Below are positions 10,520-19,839 of a stretch of DNA of 64,000 nt, piece after piece. The notes beneath the pieces were generated by a model. That model did not search any database. It was not told where the DNA came from and worked only from the letters and a program-made list of their open reading frames with translations. This DNA is from an uncultured delta proteobacterium (GTDB lineage: Bacteria > Myxococcota_A > Polyangia > Fen-1088). Numbering within the stretch: position 1 is the first letter of the stretch; each line of letters begins with the position of its first letter. The translations under genes and the position numbers were made by a program. Where the stretch lies: contig CAVTRY010000020.1 in the NCBI GenBank assembly GCA_963737265.1, positions 1 to 64,000 on the forward strand, in the 5' to 3' direction.

Positions 10520-10732
10520 TATTCGAGTCGACCGATAGCAAACTCGGCGACGAGTCTCTTCTCTTCAAGGATCTCAAGGATTGAAATCTGCGCTTGTCGC
10601 GGATACCGGTGGACTCCTCCGTGCGCTCGCGTGCGGCCGAGATGGCGCGCCAACCTTTCCGGAGTACCAGGAGGCGCTCACGTCGACGAACTCGGTCATC
10701 GAGCCCGGGCACATTCTCGCCGAGGTCGACAA
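10520..10732 (+). pseudogene. Antitoxin C-terminus plus truncated PIN toxin N-terminus
   Basis: ...KLGDESLLFKDLKD* overlapping TTG start of KSALVADTGGLLRAL...ILAEVD (PIN first Asp and Glu), then sequence breaks off. Confidence 0.5.
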
Positions 10733-10865
10733 AACGACATCAAACAATCGCTGGCCAAGATGGTCCTAAAGTCGGTCCAGACCCGCAACGGCGGCTGGAG
10801 ATCGTCATCGGAACGCCGTAAAAAAAGTCGCCAACACATTTCGCCGCGGCGATGTTATCTAGGTC

Positions 10866-12032
10866 ATGAAGGCCGGCAGCACAGCAAACACGGAAGAACT
10901 CCTGCTTCACGCGGGATGGTTGCGACGGTTTGCCGTGGCGCTGGTGAAGGATCTGGACGCGGCCGAGGACATCGTTCAGGAAACCCTGGTTGCGGCTTGG
11001 CAACGCCCGGCCGAGAACACCGGGCGCCCATGGCTTTCCCGCGTGGCGCGCAATTTGGCGATCGACCGCTGGCGAAGCTCGGACCGTCGCGAGCGGCGCG
11101 AGTTGGCCGCGGAGGCGATCCAGCCGGGCACGATTGCAAATCCCGAGGAGCTCATCGGCGATGCCCAGATCCATCGCGCCGTGGCCGAGGCCGTGGCGGC
11201 ACTTGAAGAACCTTTTCGCCAGTGCCTCGTGCTTCACTTTTTTCATGGCGTTTCGTCCGCGGATATCGCGCGCACCTTGCGCCTCCCGGCCGGGACCGTC
11301 CGGTGGCGGCTGAAGGAAGGAATTGAGCGCGTGCGCCGGCACCTGGACTCCCGCTACGGTCAAGAGCGCAAGAACTGGATGGCGGCCCTGTTGCCGTTGC
11401 TGCCACGGCCGGCGCGCGTGGAACTTGGCAAGGGCAGCCCACACTTCCGCCCCGCGAAAACAGGGAGCGCTGGCCTTCGCCCAGTTACCATCGTCACGGC
11501 TGTTGCCTTCGCTATGGCTCTGGCCGTGATGGTGATCGCCCTGGTATCGCAGCATGGCGGCTCATCGCAAACCGCTTCCCATGCCGCTGCAGATCCGGTG
11601 TCCGAGCGAGTTATCCCAGGCGCCGAGCGGACGGTTCGGTTCAGTCTTCATGCGCTCGCCTCATCGGCAGGCGAGCCCGAGTCGCCGCCCGGACTTGGCG
11701 AAGCCGACGCGAATTCGCTGCTTGCCGAATTGTTGCAGGCCATTGCGACCAACGCCTATGACGACTTCGTAGCCAAGGGTTCCGCCGCCTTCAAGGCCGC
11801 GGTCCGGCCGGCACTGTTGCCCAAGCTCAGCACCAACCTGGGGGCGCGTCTGGCTACTGGCTATCAGCCCAAATGCCTCGGTCATCTGCAGCGAGACGAG
11901 AGAATGCTCTGGCTCTTTCGCCTCGAGTTTGCTGACGGCGGTGATGATGCCCTTGTCAGCATGGTGACGGATGGCTGGCAGGTTGCCGGTTTCCTCATCG
12001 ACGATCCTCAAACCAACGAAAAGGAAAAATGA
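10866..12032 (+). CDS. ECF sigma-70 factor with TM helix and extracytoplasmic C-terminal domain
   Basis: AEDIVQET, WLSRVARNLAID, IARTLRLPAGTVRWRL; TM VTIVTAVAFAMALAVMVIALV. Confidence 0.85.
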   Translation: MKAGSTANTEELLLHAGWLRRFAVALVKDLDAAEDIVQETLVAAWQRPAENTGRPWLSRVARNLAIDRWRSSDRRERRELAAEAIQPGTIANPEELIGDAQIHRAVAEAVAALEEPFRQCLVLHFFHGVSSADIARTLRLPAGTVRWRLKEGIERVRRHLDSRYGQERKNWMAALLPLLPRPARVELGKGSPHFRPAKTGSAGLRPVTIVTAVAFAMALAVMVIALVSQHGGSSQTASHAAADPVSERVIPGAERTVRFSLHALASSAGEPESPPGLGEADANSLLAELLQAIATNAYDDFVAKGSAAFKAAVRPALLPKLSTNLGARLATGYQPKCLGHLQRDERMLWLFRLEFADGGDDALVSMVTDGWQVAGFLIDDPQTNEKEK

Positions 12033-12035
12033 ACC

Positions 12036-12446
12036 ATGTCCACACGCAACCTAATCACTTACCTATTCACTCTTCTTCCGGCCGGGGCGCTTTGCCTTGT
12101 CCTCGCAGCAGAAAAGCCCGCCTTGGCTGCGGCCGCAGCGCCAGCTAGCGCGGAGCGCGTGCTCCTCAAGATGATTGAAGCCGTCAAGGCTCAGTCGTAC
12201 GAGGACTTCCTGACCGACGCGGACGCCCAACTCAAATCCCAGTTCAGTCGGCAACAATTCGAAGGAACGTGCGGTCTGTACACCGCGCCCCTGCGCAAAG
12301 GCTATCGGCTCGAATACCTGGGCCAGCTTCGTCAACGGGGAGGATTCGTCTACCTTTGGAAGATCTCGGTGGCCGACGGACAAGACGAAAGCTTGATCCG
12401 ATTGGTGATGAAGGACGGAAAGGTGAGCAGCTTCGGGGTCCACTGA
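12036..12446 (+). CDS. Secreted protein homologous to the C-terminal domain of the upstream sigma factor
   Basis: Signal peptide; aligns by eye with sigma C-terminus (AYDDFV/SYEDFL, GY..LG.L, LFRLEFADG/LWKISVADG). Confidence 0.75.
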   Translation: MSTRNLITYLFTLLPAGALCLVLAAEKPALAAAAAPASAERVLLKMIEAVKAQSYEDFLTDADAQLKSQFSRQQFEGTCGLYTAPLRKGYRLEYLGQLRQRGGFVYLWKISVADGQDESLIRLVMKDGKVSSFGVH

Positions 12447-12570
12447 GGATGGTGTGGTGGCGCGGATTCCCCGCCTCTCGCGTGAATATTTCCGCCCCTT
12501 GCCTCGTCGGAAACTAACAGCGGCACCATGCCATGGGCACCCTGTCCGCTTACCTGAAACGAAGGAGTAC

Positions 12571-12952
12571 GATGCGGCGATTGAGCTTGTGCGCAGGTTT
12601 GCTTGTCCTGGCCCTTGGCTGCGGCGGCGGTACCAAGAGCGGCCCCACGGTGACATGGGCAAACTCGGCCACGCTGACTGGCGATCCGGTGGGTCAGGGC
12701 ACCGAAACGCCAGACCAGCTGACCCGAATCATCCCGGCGGATATCAGCGGCGCTGGCGTCACCGGCAGCTCGGGCGTTTTGGGGCGCGTATCCACCACGT
12801 CGCAGCTTTATCGTTTCCTAGCCCCGGTCACGAACCACGGCACGCGCCGACAATGCTTCCTTCAGACGGAGACCTTCGACTTTCTCGACGCCAACGGCGC
12901 GGTATTGAACGCGCACACCACAGAATGGGTCACCGGCTCGGTGGCAAGCTAA
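12571..12952 (+). pseudogene. Lipoprotein, probably truncated
   Basis: MRRLSLCAGLLVLALGC lipobox with AGGAG RBS; ends abruptly. Confidence 0.5.
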
Positions 12953-13174
12953 AGAACGGCTCCTTGGCCAGGACGAGTCCTACGTCTTCCGGCCATCAAC
13001 GACAAGAGGGCACGGCCTACCGGCCTACAGTCGACGCCTGCACCGCCAATCATTTCCAGGCGGGCGTCGTGAACCTGAACAAAACGAAGCGTGTGAGCGC
13101 AAGCCCATTGGGTCCCACGTGCGTGACCGGCATTCGTTGACTGGCGCTGGCCAAGACGCCGATACTCTCGGCGG

Positions 13175-14101
13175 ATGCCGATGAAAGAACTCTCCAGGCT
13201 GCGCAGGACAAGCTGCCTCGGCATAGCGTTGTTCGTTGCAAGCGCGACGGGCGCGGCATGCTTTCGCACTCCGCTCGGAAACTCGCGCGACCCGCGGCCC
13301 GACCTTGCGCCCGATGCAGAGCCCCCATCAGTAGCCTTCGCATCGGTCAGTGCTGGTTTTTCGTTTGCTTGCGCGGCGAAAACCGACAGGTCCATCGCCT
13401 GCTGGGGCGACAACTCCTCTGGCGAAGCCACGCCGCCGGCGAGCGCCTTCACCGCCGTCAGTGCGGGCTATTTCTTTGCCTGCGCTGTGAGAACCGACGG
13501 TATCGTATCCTGCTGGGGCGACAATTCCCACGGCCAGTCCACGCCGCCGGCAGGCACCTTCACATCCGTCAGTGCGGGCTACTTCTTTGCCTGCGCGCTC
13601 AGAACCGCCGGTACCGTCGTTTGCTGGGGCGACAACATCGCTGGCCAGGCAACGCCGCCGGCAGGCACCTTCGCCTCCGTCAGCGCGGGCAGCGGAGTCA
13701 ACGGCTGCGCGGTAAGAAGCGACAGTACCGTCGCCTGCTGGGGCGGCGACGTTAGGCCGCCAGCAGGCACTTTCACATCCGTGAGTGCGGGCGCCTATTT
13801 TGCCTGCGGGGTGAGAACCGACGGCACCCTCGCCTGCTGGGGCAACAACGCCTCAGGCCAGGCAGCGCCGGCGGGTATGTTCACGTCCGTCAGTGCGGGC
13901 GAATCGTTTGCCTGCGGGGTGGGAATTGACGGCACTGTCGTCTGCTGGGGCGACAACTCCTGCGGCCAGGCAACGCCGCCGGCAGGTACCTTCGCATCCG
14001 TCAGTGCGGGCTCCTATTTCGCCTGCGGGGTGAGAACCAATGGCACCATCGCCTGCTGGGGCTACAACACCTATGGCCAGGCAACGCCGCCGGCACCGTG
14101 A
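13175..14101 (+). CDS. RCC1/BLIP-II-like beta-propeller repeat lipoprotein
   Basis: Lipobox GAAC; seven repeats of F.SVSAG..FAC.VRTDGT..CWGDN..GQATPP. Confidence 0.85.
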   Translation: MPMKELSRLRRTSCLGIALFVASATGAACFRTPLGNSRDPRPDLAPDAEPPSVAFASVSAGFSFACAAKTDRSIACWGDNSSGEATPPASAFTAVSAGYFFACAVRTDGIVSCWGDNSHGQSTPPAGTFTSVSAGYFFACALRTAGTVVCWGDNIAGQATPPAGTFASVSAGSGVNGCAVRSDSTVACWGGDVRPPAGTFTSVSAGAYFACGVRTDGTLACWGNNASGQAAPAGMFTSVSAGESFACGVGIDGTVVCWGDNSCGQATPPAGTFASVSAGSYFACGVRTNGTIACWGYNTYGQATPPAP

Positions 14102-14113
14102 AGGTGAAGTCAG

Positions 14114-14612
14114 CTACGGGTGCTTCCCTGAAATGGGGGCTGGGGCTTCACCTCGCCCCGCGCAGGTGGGATCGGAGGGAAAAACAGGGAGGAACGGAGG
14201 ACCAGAGGGATCACGGGTTGGGTTGACGAGGCGGCGGAGACCCTCGCAAAGTACGGGGACGTGGAAATTGACGAGCAGGCCCACCGGCAGTCGTAGGAGC
14301 TTGAGATAGGTAATGACCTGTGCCAAGTGGACAGGAAGCAACCGCTCTACCGCCTTGACTTCGACGACCAAACGGCCTTCCACCATGAGGTCGAGGCGAT
14401 AGCCGCAGTCGAGGTCAATGCCTTTGTACTGCAGAGGAATCGCGACCTGACGTTGCGTGCGAAATCCACGCAGGCCTAGCTCGCGCCAGGCAGTGCTCGT
14501 AGGCCGACTCAAGCAGCCCGGGACCGAGGTGACGGTGGACTTCGATGCAGGCGGCGATAATTTGCCCAGTAAAGTCATCCTGTCTCTGTTTCTCCGTTCC
14601 TCGCTGTTCCAT
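14114..14612 (-). pseudogene. GxxExxY protein, 2-bp deletion frameshift near 14484
   Basis: Intact LGPGLLESAYEHCL motif, then CG dinucleotide missing relative to copy 1. Confidence 0.9.
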
Positions 14613-14671
14613 ATCTGCGTTTTTGGCGGCACTCCGCCAGAAGTTGCTACCTCACCGAGCCCCCGGCTGGG

Positions 14672-16099
14672 CATAGGCATTAACCCAATTCCTCCGCAAG
14701 ATGTTGCTGGAACTTAACGGCGCTGCGTAGACGCTTGCGCGGGACTTGGAGTTGAAGGTGGTCAAGGAATGCCTGCAAGAAATCGGGAAACCGACTGGCG
14801 CTGATCGGCGTGAGCGCCGCGCATACGGTTTGCCAGAGGACGGTCATGAGACGCCATGGCTCGGCTACGACCCGGTGCTTTGATCGCCTGAGTCCGGCCC
14901 TGACGCCTTTCTGCGGCTCGTCGGATGCCGAACCAGTCGAGTTCTCCACAGGGGGGAATAGCCACGTTGGGTGTAGCAAGTTTGCGGGCGATCTGGGTAA
15001 GCAGCATCTTGGCGCAAATCCAGGAATAGACAGTGTCGTTGCGAAAGTTGGGCAGTCGGTCGAGCCCTGCGATGGATTTGTCCCGCTTGATGTGAAGCTC
15101 GATTTGCCAGCGGAGGCCGTATAGTTCCATGACCAGGGCGGCGGTCAGCCGCGACCTCGGTACGGTCGTGAACACCACCACGTACTGCGCGGCCGCAAGG
15201 GTTTCCTCAGTCACAGACGGACCTTGTTCCCGTCGCGCGCGCTGCCGAGCCTCCTCTGCTTTGTCGGGCGGCAAGAGCAACGCGCACAGCCGGCCAGCGA
15301 TCGCCTTGCCACCCTGCGGATGGACCTCTGCGTACCATTCGCGTGCAACCCCCGGATGCTTGAGGCGAGCCAGCATTCGCTGAACGTCGAGTAGCTGCCC
15401 GTTCATGCCGTACAGAGGAAGCGAGCCACGGTTGTATCGGACCAGTACGTCGGCATCCGCCGCCATGATCGCCGCTATGCCAGGCGGGTTCGAGTAGCCG
15501 CGGTCGCCCATCCACAGTTGTCCCGCCTCGGCATCGAAGTTTCTGAACGTCTCGCCGCCCTTGTCATCCGTGACCTCGATTTGCACAGGCCGCAACGTGC
15601 TCAAGCGCAGCGCATAGTGAACGCGAGCCGTGGTGCCCTCGGCTCCTGGCCGCGACACCGAAGAGCCGTCCACGATCACCACGTCGTAGCCCGCCCATCG
15701 CTCCGCTGCGAACGAAGCCTCGGCATCCGTCATCAGCGTCACCAGTCGCGCCAGGTAGGGACCAATGGTTCTCATTCGCTTGTGCAGCCCGACTGCCGAC
15801 ATCTTGATCACCCCGGCCGCCGCCGCCATCGCCACCGTCACGGCCAGCGACGAGTTCGTCGCCACCTGGTACAGAATCGGCTGCAGCAAATGTGCCGCCT
15901 CGGTCACCTTCGTGCCCATGTGCGCCGGAAACTTCGTGTAGACCACGCCCATCTCGACCGCCAGATCCTCCCATCCGGATGGAAGCTGCGCCGCAATCAT
16001 TGGCCAGTCGCCCGTGGTGCTGTCCTTCGCTATGTTGTCCATCCCGAGCATATGCGGGCGTTCTTGGAGAAATCGCAAGTTTTTGGGTTAATGCCTATG
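14672..16099 (-). mobile_element. IS4-family insertion sequence
   Basis: TIR CATAGGCATTAACCCAA / TTGGGTTAATGCCTATG; 11-bp duplication CCCCGGCTGGG (14661-14671, 16100-16110); empty site visible in copy 1. Confidence 0.92.
14762..16078 (-). CDS. IS4-family DDE transposase
   Basis: IVDGS, GDRGY and YGLRWQIELHIK (YREK) motifs. Confidence 0.9.
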   Translation of the reverse strand: MRFLQERPHMLGMDNIAKDSTTGDWPMIAAQLPSGWEDLAVEMGVVYTKFPAHMGTKVTEAAHLLQPILYQVATNSSLAVTVAMAAAAGVIKMSAVGLHKRMRTIGPYLARLVTLMTDAEASFAAERWAGYDVVIVDGSSVSRPGAEGTTARVHYALRLSTLRPVQIEVTDDKGGETFRNFDAEAGQLWMGDRGYSNPPGIAAIMAADADVLVRYNRGSLPLYGMNGQLLDVQRMLARLKHPGVAREWYAEVHPQGGKAIAGRLCALLLPPDKAEEARQRARREQGPSVTEETLAAAQYVVVFTTVPRSRLTAALVMELYGLRWQIELHIKRDKSIAGLDRLPNFRNDTVYSWICAKMLLTQIARKLATPNVAIPPCGELDWFGIRRAAERRQGRTQAIKAPGRSRAMASHDRPLANRMRGAHADQRQSVSRFLAGIP

Positions 16100-16177
16100 C
16101 CCCGGCTGGGGCCCCCGTTTCAGGGAGGCACCCGTCAGCTACCGGCGCGTTGGCGAACTGTATTAATGTGCCCAACT

Positions 16178-16271
16178 TACAAGCGCCCCTTTTGCATTCA
16201 CCAGCAGAAACGCCGATAACAGATCTTCTGTAAACCATACCCACCTACATGCCCAAGCTATCCCCTATACC
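16178..16271 (+). other. dif-like (XerC/D-type) site module, variant B, complete
   Basis: AACGCCGATAA-CAGATC-TTCTGTAAACC at 16209-16236 (11-6-11) followed by CTATCCCCTATACC. Confidence 0.55.
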
Positions 16272-16417
16272 GAGTGGACGCTCGACGGGAATTCAAGCAC
16301 GTTCCCCATGTCATGCCATGCCATGACTGTGCCGCGCCAGGACCCATTGACTCTGAATGCCTGACATCGCCAACGCACTTTTCGTGATCGATCTGGCCAT
16401 CCCGCTGCCGTTACTTA

Positions 16418-16657
16418 TTGGGTTACGCCTCTGACGACCTCTGCGTCCTGCCCAGCGATCGGCCCGGCTGCTACGACACGTACATGGTGGGGTTCGACTG
16501 CGCCGGCACGGAACAATGGGCCACCAAGCTGACCTCGTCGAGCGCGACCAATCCGCTCTACTCCGCGGGCAGCGGCTACAACTACGCCGTCTACGCGGCC
16601 GTGGGCTCGGCTTCGGCCACCATCCAGATCGCGCGGGTCATGCCCTGCGCGAACTAG
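16418..16657 (+). pseudogene. C-terminal fragment of a secreted protein
   Basis: Strong GC3 coding bias, Cys/Tyr-rich, no N-terminus. Confidence 0.4.
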
Positions 16658-16687
16658 GGGCTGTCCCGCCGCTTGGAGCCTAGTCGG

Positions 16688-16730
16688 TACAAGCGCCCCT
16701 TTTGCATTCACCAGCAGAAACGCCGACAAC
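16688..16730 (+). repeat. Left half of dif-like module B
   Basis: 43-bp direct repeat of 16178-16220 with one mismatch; identity stops at the spacer. Confidence 0.85.
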
Positions 16731-16821
16731 GCGTCCCAACCAACAGAGGTGCCGGCGCACAGTATCGCCCCGTTCGACCTGTAGCACTGTAGCTGCGGCA
16801 CATCCGCGCTCCTATTTCAGG

Positions 16822-18195
16822 CTACGGGAGAGTCTCCTTCTGGAACTGGGTCCAGGCCGTGTCGACGATCTTCGCCAACCCGTAGCTGCCACAGTGACTG
16901 CTGCTTGGAGCAATGCAGAGAGACACCTCCGTATTGGCTGCGCAGGACAGATACGTCTGACATATCGAATTGATCGGATTCGTCATCGGCGAACCGGTGC
17001 ACATGTCGAAGTTCGCCCAGGTTGCGAAGTTCAACTGCGCGCTCGGGAAGACGAAGTCGGACCTGCAAGTGCCTCCAGGCGGGCAGTCCGCATTCCTTAC
17101 CACCGTCACCCCGCCGTTGTACGGGACGATGGAGTTATCCTGGCCCTCGTCGAAGGCGGTCACCGAGATCGGTCGCGGGAGCATGCACGTGCAAGCCGTA
17201 TTATTGGTCTGCGTCAGCGCCGCACCGGCCGCCGCGGTGGCCGGATCTGTGCCGGTGACACATCGAAAGTCGACCGGCGCGACTGCAGCAATCACGTCGG
17301 CGGCCTTGCAGGCGAGCATGTAGGCCATGCCACCGCCGTTAGAACAACCGCTCGCGTAGACGCGCTTTGGATCGACGCAAGTGTTGGTTTCCAGGAACTT
17401 GAGCATGTCCCGCGTGAACTGGACGTCATCGAGTGGCTGTTGCTGGGCACCTTCGCAACAGTAACCGACATTCCATCCGTTGCTGCCATTCGGCCCCGAG
17501 TCGGGGAACACGGCGATGCAGCCCACGCCGTCACACTTCTTGTTCCAGCCCGACGAGCCCTCTTGTCCAGCTCCCGTGCCGCCGAGGGGGTGAAAATCGA
17601 AGATCACCGGTAGCGGGGACAATCCGTTGTAGTTCGTCGGCAGGTGGACGATGAACGTTCGCGACTTGCCACCAGAGGTGATGGTCTCGTTCGTGTCGCC
17701 AGCCTTGAGAGTGCCGGGGCAGGCACCTGTCGCTCCTCCGGTTCCAGTCGTTCCCGCGGTTCCGGTCGTACCGCCCCGCCCGGCGCCCCCCGTCGTACTC
17801 GCAGTCCCGGTCGCGCCGCCGCGCCCAGCGCTGCCAGTCACCCCCGAGGTGCCCGTCGTGCCCGCAGTTCCCGTCGTACCGCCACGGCCACCTATCCCGG
17901 TAGTGCCAGCTGAGCCGGTCGTGCCTGCACTTCCAATGGTTCCAGCTGCTCCGGTGGTCATTGTTCCCGCAGCGCCGCCCGTCCCGGCAGTACCAGTCGT
18001 CCCGCCTCTGCCGGTGGTCCCCGCGCCCGCGCCGGCGCCGCCCGCCCCGGTCCTCCCACCGGATCCGGTTTCGGTCGAACCGGAGGATGCGCAAGCCGAA
18101 AGCGAGCCGGCGGCAATCGCGACGGCAAGCAGGGAAAAGGGTCGAAAAGAGCTCGTCACGTTCCTTCGATGACCGCTACCCGACGTCGAGTTCAT
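16822..18195 (-). CDS. Lipoprotein esterase (PHB depolymerase/LpqC-like alpha/beta hydrolase)
   Basis: Lipobox LSAC; GT linker; PVIFDFH, DDVQF, DPKRVYASGCSNGG nucleophile motif. Confidence 0.85.
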   Translation of the reverse strand: MNSTSGSGHRRNVTSSFRPFSLLAVAIAAGSLSACASSGSTETGSGGRTGAGGAGAGAGTTGRGGTTGTAGTGGAAGTMTTGAAGTIGSAGTTGSAGTTGIGGRGGTTGTAGTTGTSGVTGSAGRGGATGTASTTGGAGRGGTTGTAGTTGTGGATGACPGTLKAGDTNETITSGGKSRTFIVHLPTNYNGLSPLPVIFDFHPLGGTGAGQEGSSGWNKKCDGVGCIAVFPDSGPNGSNGWNVGYCCEGAQQQPLDDVQFTRDMLKFLETNTCVDPKRVYASGCSNGGGMAYMLACKAADVIAAVAPVDFRCVTGTDPATAAAGAALTQTNNTACTCMLPRPISVTAFDEGQDNSIVPYNGGVTVVRNADCPPGGTCRSDFVFPSAQLNFATWANFDMCTGSPMTNPINSICQTYLSCAANTEVSLCIAPSSSHCGSYGLAKIVDTAWTQFQKETLP

Positions 18196-18522
18196 CGAAC
18201 GCCTCCTTTGTGGATTGCGGCGTCCGTCCCGGCAAGCTACCGACTCGGGCGCTACCTGGACCGAAGGCTAGGCCGCATATCGTTGCTGTGTCAACCGGCT
18301 GTTGTATCCACTGTATCCACCTTACGGGCATAGTGATGGCGGTCCTCTCGCCGGAGAGCGTCACTCTGCGGCGTCTGCGACGGGTTCGAGCGCGGCTCCG
18401 CGCGGCGCGTGGGTAGTGCTTCCTGACTCCTGCCCGCCAACGCCAACGCATCTCCCAACTCATGTTTGCGCGAATGCGAGCTCCGCCTCCGGCTCCGCTC
18501 GACTCCCGCAAATCGCTATTTC

Positions 18523-18581
18523 TTACGTCAACTACAAATCATCACATGTCGGCCTAGGCCGATTCTGTCCCCCCTATACCC
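18523..18581 (+). repeat. Right half of dif-like module A
   Basis: TTACGTCAACTACAAATCATCACATGTCGG identical to 24498-24527, then CCCTATACCC; identity begins exactly at the XerD-like arm. Confidence 0.85.
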
Positions 18582-19060
18582 GAAACCGTGACCTTGCTGT
18601 GTTCGTCGGCGTGCACCGACCCTGCGCGCTGCCACCGGATGCTCTTGGCGAACATCATCCGCCAGCAGCGGCCTCGGGCGCCGCCGTGAATCCACATCGC
18701 GTCGCGCGCGCTCCGAGTGCACATCGCGAAGCTTGCGCTAGGCTTGGCGGATGCATTCGTCGAGACCCTCTCCAACCGCGAGGCAATACTTGTTGCTAAC
18801 AAAATGCGGCATCTTGCGTTCGAGGCCGCGCTCCCCGAGGTGGCGCTCGGAGGGCTTCAGCTCTCCAAGCCACCGCCGGGCGTAGTGAGTGCGGAGCATA
18901 GATTCGCGCAGCGACGCCTTGATCAGCTGAACACCTGGAGTCCGACGCATGGCGATCTATCGAAGCTCCGTAGTCTCGTAAACCGCAAGGCGGGCCGAGA
19001 GATCATGTAACCGACGCCGTCTGACATGGGCGCGAGCGAACGACTGCCAAGGCCCCGGCG

Positions 19061-19450
19061 TTGATTCTGGTCGACCCTTCGGCCTGGATTGCCTTTTTCG
19101 CGACCGAGGTCCGGCGGCCGATGCGGTGGATCAGGCTCTGAAAGACGATGAAGCCGCGCTTTGTGGACCGGTCCTGACCGAACTTCGCCGTGGATTCGCG
19201 TCCCCCGCTGAACACGACAAGACCCCTTCTCTGCTATCGGCCTGCCCCCTGCTTGCCCAGCCTGCCGACCTGTGGGACGAGGCCGGCGACCTCGGCTTCG
19301 CGCTCGCGCGCAAGGGCGTCTCGGTCAGGAGTCTTGACCTGTTGATCGCCACCTATGCTCTATCGCACAGCGTTCCCATCCTGACCCTCGACAGTGATTT
19401 TCGCCTGATTTCCCGAGCCGGCGTCGGCCTTCAATTGGTCGACCCGCCAC
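19061..19450 (+). pseudogene. VapC-type PIN toxin, frameshifted, no antitoxin
   Basis: ILVDPSAWIAFF / GPVLTELRRG...DLLIATYA...LTLDSDF; 1-nt shift near 19099. Confidence 0.8.
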
Positions 19451-19839
19451 GTTATCTTCCCAGTAGACCCCTGTCGAGTCAGCCGCAACCGAAACGGGAC
19501 ACTTGCTGGCGAGAATTGTGGGCGTCGTGGTACTGCCCGTGATAGGCGCCTGCATCAGCCGAGGACGTCCGGAATACTAGTTTGCGAGAGCGATGCAATA
19601 CGCGTTGCTAAAGTTTGCTGGTGGGAAGTGGTGCTTTCTGAATCACTCCTGTGCCGGGTACGCCTCCCACTTCGCTCTCCAATACACACTGGTCGAGTCA
19701 ACAGTTATCGCGACCGGATTGTGGGCCGCATAGACGGGGGGATCGATGGACGGCAACGACAGTCGCATCAATACGGACTGCGGCCCGCTATGGTCTCGCG
19801 CGGATCAGACAGAGACTGGCTTGCTTGAGCCGTGCATTG

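Larger units (their letters stand above)
14118..16133 (-). mobile_element. TIR-bounded GxxExxY mini-element, copy 2, with nested IS4; flanked by direct repeat GTCAGCTAC
   Basis: Same TIRs as copy 1; GTCAGCTAC at 14109-14117 and 16134-16142. Confidence 0.85.

Noticed and set aside
13330-14100. RCC1-like near-identical repeats as a diversity-generating retroelement target
   Set aside because: No reverse transcriptase or template repeat; ordinary propeller-blade repeats
16178-16730. 43-bp direct repeat as a CRISPR array
   Set aside because: Only two copies 510 bp apart, no regular spacers and no cas genes
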